A DNA stretch of 64,000 nt from an uncultured delta proteobacterium (GTDB lineage: Bacteria; Myxococcota; Myxococcia; Myxococcales; Myxococcaceae). The stretch covers positions 3,424,001 to 3,488,000 of the forward strand of contig CAWCKH010000004.1 in assembly GCA_963796055.1 (NCBI GenBank), in the 5' to 3' direction. Positions 57,519 to 64,000 of the stretch are shown here, one piece after another; position 1 is the first letter of the stretch; every line of letters starts with the position of its first letter. The position numbers and the translations under genes are program-made. The notes below the pieces were generated by a model. It saw only the letters and a list, made by a program, of their open reading frames with translations, did no database searches and was not told the DNA's origin.

Positions 57519-60500
57519 TCAAGGCGAGACGACCTCGAGTTCCACGCCCTTGAGCCGGAACCCACCCTCCGCGAGCGTGCGACGGAGGCTCTCTGGCGCA
57601 GCAGTGCGTTCCGGCTCGGGGAGCGGGAACAGCGACCAGGAATGCCCGGTCCGGGCGAGGCGGTAGCGCAGGCTGGGCAGCACGTTGACCTGGGAAGCTC
57701 CCGCTCCCGCGCGACCCTCGACGATGCGAGCCAGGGCTTCTCCGGTGCGCCCGTCCAGCAGGAGCGCGCCTGCCCCCTCGTAAGCGACGGTGACGATGGA
57801 TCCGTCCGCTGACCATCCGACTGCTGCCGGCACGGAGGAGGGATTGGGCACGGCCCAGACCCGTTCGAGACCCGGCAGCTTCCAGACCGCGAAGCTCGCG
57901 GGGAGGGAGACGACCATGCGGGTCCCATCCGGGCTGATGCTGGTCGACCTCGGCGTCTCGGGCAGCGCGAGCCGGGTGAGACTGCCTGTCGAGAGGTCCT
58001 CCACCACGACGCCATCGTTCTCGCACCAGGCCATCCGGTCTCCGGAGGGAGACAGGGTCTTCGGCGCGGTCAACGAGACACCCCCCAGAGGCTCGTCCCG
58101 AACGAGCTTGGGCCCATCCACATCCCAGACGCGCCGCCGCTCCCTCGAGAAGCCGACCACACGAGATCCGTTCTCGGAGAGCATGACAACCAGACACAGC
58201 TTGCAGGAGAGCCGGGCAAGCTCCCGTCCATCATCGGCCCGGTGCACCACGACTTCCTCGGGATAGGCGATGGCGATCGTGGATCCGTCCGACGAGATCC
58301 TCGCGTCCCAGTGGGTTCCCGGAACATCGATCGTGCGGAGGAGTGTCCCGTCGTCCGCACGCAGCTCCATCCGATGCATGTCGTCGAGCATGAAGCGGTC
58401 GCGCGCGGTACGCAGGTAGACCCGGGAGCCGGCCGAGCCGCTCGTCGTCGCGTCGGGACGGCGCAGGTTCCAGGAGATCAACGCCCGTCCTCCGGAGAGC
58501 CCTGCCGCGTAGAGCTTGCTGCCATCCGGTGAGAAGGCGTAGCTCGGGTCTCCGGGAGGGCGGCTCACGCTCACGAACACGGCACGGTCGCGAAGGTCCA
58601 CCACGTCGGCGCGGTTCAGGCTCGGGCTGTCCACCACCACCCGGTGCCCATCCGGGCTGACCGCCACTCCGCGCCCTGCCGCCACGAAGGCGAATCCCGA
58701 CGCCGACCGGCCGGGGACCTCGACAGAGAAGTCGCCCTCCGGGCCGCCGAAGAGCTGGAGGGCTCCTGAGCGGACCAGTGCCACCCCGTGCGCGGTGAAG
58801 ACAATGTCCTGCGCATCCGGCGCGGGTCGGGAGGTGATCTCCCGTCGGGCGTCGAGGTCCCAGAGGTGCACCAGACCCTGGAGATCCCGGATGGCCAGTC
58901 GAGTGCCGTCCCCGGAAATGGCGCACGGATCACGAGCGAGGACCTCGATGCGCGGGCCCTCCGCCCCCTCGACGTAAAGGACGCCGGGACGCTGGATGCG
59001 AACGCGGCGCGTGGCGGGACCGTTCCTGCAAAGCGATTCTCGGTCGCCGTCCACCATGAAGAGCTCCTCGCCCGTGTGCTCGTCCAGGATGTGGTCGACA
59101 TGTCCGGAGAGAAGACGGACTGTCCCGGAAGTGATCCGCGCGCGTTGGATCGGCTCTGCCATCTGCGCCGTCCAGAGGCTCCGGCCAGTGGCTGCATCGT
59201 AGAGCCGCGCCAGGTTTTCCCGCGTCTCGAGCGCGAGCGCGGTGCCGTCGGGGAGGACATCGACGTCGGTGAAAGCGCCGGGCCCTCCGGTGAGGGCGCT
59301 CCCCCGCTCCGGCATCCGCTCCCTGGAGAGGGCGAGTCCCCACCGCGCCGCGGCGGTGTCGTTCTGAATGCGGCTCGCGGCGTAGTACGCGGCTGCACGC
59401 GCCCAGTCGCTCACGTCCTCGGCACGCCGGGCACGCTCGACCAGCGCAGACGCGAGATTGACCCGCGCTTGGCGGAGCTGGAGCGCAATTGCGACGGCGG
59501 CGCCGATGAGGATGAGCACCGAAGCAGCAATGGCCACGCTCAGCGCCGGGTTCCGCTGCACGAACTTCCGCACGAGCTCGAGGCTTCCGTAGGAATAGGC
59601 CTCCACTCGCGCACCGGCCCGGTAGGCCAGGAGCTCGCTGGCGAAGGCGGCGGCATCCGGATATCGCTCGGCCGGGTTTCTCCGCAGCGCGCGCTCGGCG
59701 ATGGCGGCCAGCTCCGGGGGCGCTTCCGGACAGACCACCCGGACCGGGACGATGTGCCCGGAACGCACCGCCTCGATCACCTGTGCGTTGTCCAGTCCCT
59801 GGAAGGGAGGCCGTCCCGTCAAGAGCTCGTAGAGCATCGCCCCGAGGCTGAACACGTCGCTCCGCTCGTCGATGGCCTGGAGGTCGCCCCGCGCTTGCTC
59901 CGGGCTCATGTACGACGGCGTGCCCAGCGCGATGCCGGCCTGGGTCAGCTCCGGCCCGAGGTCGGGGGTGGGCGTGTCGCTCGGCGCCTCGGCCTCGCTG
60001 CGGCGCTTGGCTAGCCCCCAGTCGACGACCACGGTCTCGCCGTACGGGCCCACCATCACGTTGGAGGGCTTGAGGTCCCGGTGCACCACCGCCCGGGCAT
60101 GGGCGTAGGCCATCGTCTGGGCTGCGTTGACGAGGTGAGGGAGGAGCTCGAGCCGCTGGCTCAACGTCCGGCACTGGGTCAGCGCAGCCTTGAGCGTCCG
60201 GCCCCGGACCAGCTTCTGGGCGGAGTAGAGCGTGCCGTCCGGACGCCGGGCGAGCTCGAGGACAGTGGCGATGCCGGGATGGTCCAGCTGGGCGGTGAGC
60301 CGCGCCTCGCGGAGGAACCGGGCCTGGGCCGCTCGAGTGCTTCCCGAGGACTTATCCGCTCCCGGCCAGGTGAGCTCCTTGAGCGCGACCTCCCGCCCCA
60401 CGAACCGGTCGAGCGCGCGCCAGACGATCGACTGCCCGCCACGGCCCAGCTCGTCGAGCCGGGCATACTGTCCTTCCCGCTCGACCGGAACGACGTCCGG

Positions 60501-60818
60501 ATTCCCGGGCGAGGCCGGCACCGGGCCAGCGTCGGCGGGCAGCTCCGACCCCAGAGTGCGGGCGATTGCCCGGGCACCGGGGAGCGAGTCCAGGACCCGC
60601 TCCGGTATCCCCCCGCTCGCGGCCAAGGCCTCGTTGGCGAGGGTGACGACCATGTCCCGTCGCTCGGGAGTGAGCGCTCCCGAATCGACCAGGTGGTCCA
60701 GGACCGAGCGACCGTCCCTGGCTAGCATCCGTGCCGAGCCCGCCGCGATCACTTGAGCCGGCGTGACGAACCCCGCCTGGGCCGCGAGAACTCCGAGCAT
60801 AAAATTCCGGTCGTCCAT
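57519..60818 (-). CDS. Ser/Thr protein kinase with beta-propeller region (paralog 2)
   Basis: Same architecture and motifs as paralog 1. Confidence 0.95.
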   Translation of the reverse strand: MDDRNFMLGVLAAQAGFVTPAQVIAAGSARMLARDGRSVLDHLVDSGALTPERRDMVVTLANEALAASGGIPERVLDSLPGARAIARTLGSELPADAGPVPASPGNPDVVPVEREGQYARLDELGRGGQSIVWRALDRFVGREVALKELTWPGADKSSGSTRAAQARFLREARLTAQLDHPGIATVLELARRPDGTLYSAQKLVRGRTLKAALTQCRTLSQRLELLPHLVNAAQTMAYAHARAVVHRDLKPSNVMVGPYGETVVVDWGLAKRRSEAEAPSDTPTPDLGPELTQAGIALGTPSYMSPEQARGDLQAIDERSDVFSLGAMLYELLTGRPPFQGLDNAQVIEAVRSGHIVPVRVVCPEAPPELAAIAERALRRNPAERYPDAAAFASELLAYRAGARVEAYSYGSLELVRKFVQRNPALSVAIAASVLILIGAAVAIALQLRQARVNLASALVERARRAEDVSDWARAAAYYAASRIQNDTAAARWGLALSRERMPERGSALTGGPGAFTDVDVLPDGTALALETRENLARLYDAATGRSLWTAQMAEPIQRARITSGTVRLLSGHVDHILDEHTGEELFMVDGDRESLCRNGPATRRVRIQRPGVLYVEGAEGPRIEVLARDPCAISGDGTRLAIRDLQGLVHLWDLDARREITSRPAPDAQDIVFTAHGVALVRSGALQLFGGPEGDFSVEVPGRSASGFAFVAAGRGVAVSPDGHRVVVDSPSLNRADVVDLRDRAVFVSVSRPPGDPSYAFSPDGSKLYAAGLSGGRALISWNLRRPDATTSGSAGSRVYLRTARDRFMLDDMHRMELRADDGTLLRTIDVPGTHWDARISSDGSTIAIAYPEEVVVHRADDGRELARLSCKLCLVVMLSENGSRVVGFSRERRRVWDVDGPKLVRDEPLGGVSLTAPKTLSPSGDRMAWCENDGVVVEDLSTGSLTRLALPETPRSTSISPDGTRMVVSLPASFAVWKLPGLERVWAVPNPSSVPAAVGWSADGSIVTVAYEGAGALLLDGRTGEALARIVEGRAGAGASQVNVLPSLRYRLARTGHSWSLFPLPEPERTAAPESLRRTLAEGGFRLKGVELEVVSP

Positions 60819-60846
60819 CGGCCCGGGACTCAGCCTCGTCCAGCTG

Positions 60847-63800
60847 TCAAGGCGAGACGACCTCGACTTCCACGCCCTTGAGCCGGAACCCGCCCTCGGC
60901 GAGCGCGCGGCGGAGGCTCTCGGCCGGACTGCTGGTGTCCGGCCCGGGCAGGGGGAAGAGAGCCCAGCTCCGGTCTCCGCGGGACATGCGGAACCGGAGG
61001 CCGGGGTGCACGTTCACCTCGGGCGCCACGGATCCCGAGCGACCCTCGAAGATCCGGGCGAGCTCCTCGCCGGTGCGCGCATCCAGCAGCGCCGCGCCTG
61101 CGCCTTCGTAGGTGACGATGATGATCGAGCCATCCGCCGACCAGTCGACGGACTTCCTCACGGAGGAAGGATTGGGGGTGTTCCAGACCGGCTCGAGGCC
61201 GGGAAGCCTCCAGACGCCGATCCGTCCCGGGAAGGAGATGACGAGGCGAGCACCATCCGGACTGAAGCCGGCGCTGTTGTCCGGAGAATCCGCCACCGGA
61301 AGGCGTCGCTTGCTTCCACCGGGGAGTTCCTCGAGCACCAGCGCACCCTCCTCGAATCGGCCGATCTGCCTTCCGTCCGGTGAGAACGCGTGCCAGGCCC
61401 TGGTGCTGTCACTTCCCATCGGCTCGTCGAGAATCAGCGAGGGTCCACGCACGTCCCAGACACGCCGTCTCTGGTTGTTCATGCCCATCACGCGACCTCC
61501 GTCGGCGGACAGTTCGGCGGCCCAGCACTTCTCGCACGGAAGCCTGGCGAGCTCCTGACCATCTTGCGCCCGCTGGACGACGATCTCTCGACGATGTCCG
61601 ACGATCAGGGTGGATCCGTCATCGGAGATACCCGCGCCAAAGAACTCGGGGTCGGTACCGGTCCGGAGAAGTGTCCCGTCCTCGGACCGCAGCTCCAGTC
61701 CCTTGGAGTCGTACATGAGAAACCGGGTCCGCACCATCCAGAGGCCGAAGTGTGAGCCGAACGACCCGCTGGTTCTGGGCGCCGCGCGGCGGAGCTTCCA
61801 GGAGATCAGCATGCTGTCTCCCGAGAGTCCCGCCGCGTAGAGCGTCGAGCCGTCGAGCGAGAAGCTGTAGCTCGGGCTGCCCGGCGGCCGGCTGATACTG
61901 ACGAAGACGGAACGGTCGCGGAGGTCCACCAGGTCGGCTCGGTTCAGCGTGGGGGTGTCCACCACCACCCGGTGACCGTCCGCGCTGACCGCCAGGGCCC
62001 GGCCCTCTGACGGGTTCGCGCGTCCGGAGGTGGATCGGCCTGGAAGCTCGATGGAGAAGTCCCCGTCGGCGCCGCCGAAGAGCTGGAGTGACCCCGAGCG
62101 GACCAGCGCCACACCATGTCCGGTGAACTCGATCTCCTGCGCGTCCGGCGCAGACCGGGAGGTGATCTCCCGCCGCGCCTCCAGGTCCCAGAGTCGCACG
62201 AGACCGTTTCGGTCGCGGAACGCCATCCGGTCCCCCGCCGGGGAGGCCGCACACGGAGTGCCCAGCTCGACCTCGATCCCCGGGTCCTCGATCCCCTCCA
62301 CCCGGAGGACACCCGGAAAGCCGATGCGAGCGCGACGCGTTGCCGGGCCGACCCAGCAGAGGCGCTCCCGATCGCGGTCCGAGCTGAAGCGTTCCAGTCC
62401 GGTCCGCTCGTCGAGGACCCGTAGGAGATGTCCGACGCCGAGGCGGACGCTTCCGCCGGAGATCCGCGCGCTCTTGATCGGTTCCTCGGTCGGTGCCGTC
62501 CAGAGAGTGCGACCCGAGGCGACCTCGTACAACCGTACGTGGGTGCGCCGTTTCTCGAGGGCGACCACGGTTCCGTCGGGGAGAACGTCCACGTCGGCGA
62601 ACGCGCCAGGCTCGCCGGTCAGGACGGTCCCCCGCTCCGGCATCTTCTCTTTCGCGAGAGCGATGCCCCACCGCGCCGCCGCGGTGTCGTGCTGGACGCG
62701 GCTCGCGGCGTAGTACGCCGCCGCGCGGGCCCAGTCGCTCACGTCCTCCGCGCGCCGGGCACGCTCGACGAGCGCGGATGCGAGGTTCACCCGCGCTTGC
62801 CGGAGCTGGAGCGCAATTGCGACGGCGGCGCCGATGAGGATGAGCACCGAGGCGCCGACGGCCACGCTCAGCGCCGGGTTCCGCTGCACGAACTTCCGCG
62901 CGAGCTCGAGGCTTCCGTAGGAATAGGCCTCCACTCGCGCACCGGCCCGGTAGGCCAAAAGCTCGCTGGCGAACGCGGCCGCGTCCGGATAGCGCTCGGC
63001 TGGGTTTCTCCGGAGCGCGCGCTCGGCGATGGCGGCCAGCTCCGCGGGCGCTTCCGGACAGACCACCCGCACCGGGACGATGTGCCCGGAACGCACCGCC
63101 TCGATCACCTGTGCGTTGTCCAGTCCCTGGAAAGGAGGCCTTCCCGTGAGCAGCTCGTAGAGCATCGCACCCAGGCTGAACACGTCGCTCCGCTCATCGA
63201 TCGTCTGCAGATCGCCCCGCGCCTGCTCTGGACTCATGTACGACGGCGTGCCCAGCGCCACGCCAGCCTGGGTCAGCTCGGGACTCGAGTCGGGGGTGGG
63301 CGTGGGGCTCGCCGCCTCGGCCTCACCCCGACGCTTGGCCAGCCCCCAGTCCACGACCACCGTCTCGCCGAAGGGCCCGACCATCACGTTGGAGGGCTTG
63401 AGGTCCCGGTGCACCACCGACCGGCCGTGGGCATAGGCCACCGCCTGCGCCGCCGCGACCAGGTGCGGGAGCATCTCGAGCCGCTGGCTCAAGGTCCGGC
63501 ACTGGGCCAGCGCAGCCTTGAGCGTCCGGCCCCGGACCAGCTTCTGGGCCGAGTAGAGCGTGCCGTCCGGACGCTTCGCGAGCTCGTGGACCGCGACAAT
63601 CCCCGGATGGTCGAGCTGTGCCGTGAGCCGCGCCTCGCGGAGGAACCGGGCTTGGGCCGCTCGGGTGCTTCCCGAGGACTTATCCGCTCCCGGCCAGGTG
63701 AGCTCCTTGAGCGCGACCTCCCGTCCGACGAACCGGTCGAGCGCGCGCCAGACGACCGACTGCCCGCCGCGGCCCAGCTCGTCGAGCCGGGCATACTGTC

Positions 63801-64000
63801 CTTCGCGCTCGACCGGAACGAGGTCCCCGTCGCCGGGCGAGGGCGACGCGGCCGCAGCGGCGGCGGCCAGTTCCGACCCGAGAGTGCGTGCGAGTGCCCG
63901 AGCCCCCGGGAGCGACTCCAGGACCTGTTCCGGTGTCCCTCCGCTCGCGGCCAGCGCCTCGTCGGCGAGGTTGACGACCATGTCCCGTCGCTCGGGAGTG
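60847..64000 (-). CDS. Ser/Thr protein kinase with beta-propeller region (paralog 3; 5' end beyond the window)
   Basis: Same architecture; frame open to the window edge, matching paralog 2 from about residue 50. Confidence 0.93.
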   Translation of the reverse strand, partial: TPERRDMVVNLADEALAASGGTPEQVLESLPGARALARTLGSELAAAAAAASPSPGDGDLVPVEREGQYARLDELGRGGQSVVWRALDRFVGREVALKELTWPGADKSSGSTRAAQARFLREARLTAQLDHPGIVAVHELAKRPDGTLYSAQKLVRGRTLKAALAQCRTLSQRLEMLPHLVAAAQAVAYAHGRSVVHRDLKPSNVMVGPFGETVVVDWGLAKRRGEAEAASPTPTPDSSPELTQAGVALGTPSYMSPEQARGDLQTIDERSDVFSLGAMLYELLTGRPPFQGLDNAQVIEAVRSGHIVPVRVVCPEAPAELAAIAERALRRNPAERYPDAAAFASELLAYRAGARVEAYSYGSLELARKFVQRNPALSVAVGASVLILIGAAVAIALQLRQARVNLASALVERARRAEDVSDWARAAAYYAASRVQHDTAAARWGIALAKEKMPERGTVLTGEPGAFADVDVLPDGTVVALEKRRTHVRLYEVASGRTLWTAPTEEPIKSARISGGSVRLGVGHLLRVLDERTGLERFSSDRDRERLCWVGPATRRARIGFPGVLRVEGIEDPGIEVELGTPCAASPAGDRMAFRDRNGLVRLWDLEARREITSRSAPDAQEIEFTGHGVALVRSGSLQLFGGADGDFSIELPGRSTSGRANPSEGRALAVSADGHRVVVDTPTLNRADLVDLRDRSVFVSISRPPGSPSYSFSLDGSTLYAAGLSGDSMLISWKLRRAAPRTSGSFGSHFGLWMVRTRFLMYDSKGLELRSEDGTLLRTGTDPEFFGAGISDDGSTLIVGHRREIVVQRAQDGQELARLPCEKCWAAELSADGGRVMGMNNQRRRVWDVRGPSLILDEPMGSDSTRAWHAFSPDGRQIGRFEEGALVLEELPGGSKRRLPVADSPDNSAGFSPDGARLVISFPGRIGVWRLPGLEPVWNTPNPSSVRKSVDWSADGSIIIVTYEGAGAALLDARTGEELARIFEGRSGSVAPEVNVHPGLRFRMSRGDRSWALFPLPGPDTSSPAESLRRALAEGGFRLKGVEVEVVSP

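Noticed and set aside
51605..64000. Diversity-generating retroelement acting on the kinase propellers
   Set aside because: No reverse transcriptase, no short template/variable repeat pair, and differences are not adenine-specific

Overview
High-GC bacterial chromosomal window, most likely from a myxobacterium (MYXO-CTERM-like sorting signal, DAG/DGG-rich secreted proteins, Ser/Thr kinase expansion). About 1-5.7 kb is an accessory region: a tandem-repeat protein paired with an ART/RES-like protein, a frameshifted secreted phospholipase A2-like gene with a coupled lipoprotein, and decayed small genes. About 5.95-7.8 kb is a ~700-nt apparently non-coding, highly structured region containing a tRNA-like element (D, anticodon and T arms intact, acceptor stem broken), followed by a lone slipin/SPFH gene. 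7.8-24.6 kb holds ordinary genes (cysteine synthase, rhodanese, TPR protein, PAS histidine kinase, MFS, DUF3300/DUF2950 and others) plus an internally deleted GH44-like gene. 24.7-57.5 kb is a mosaic of PHB/3-hydroxybutyrate and fermentation genes (permease, CoA transferase, Bdh, DUF3141, Pta, AckA, AdhP, Dcu, FabI) interleaved with duplicated modules (two GH19-like genes lacking the catalytic Glu, two identical 48-aa microproteins, a lipoprotein and a fragment of its paralog), an Omp85-like plus kinase-like lipoprotein pair and an Mla/Pqi-type ABC system. The window ends in three paralogous Ser/Thr kinase-TM-beta-propeller genes. No rRNA, CRISPR array, integrase or transposase was recognised. 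Family names come from motif recognition by eye, not database searches.
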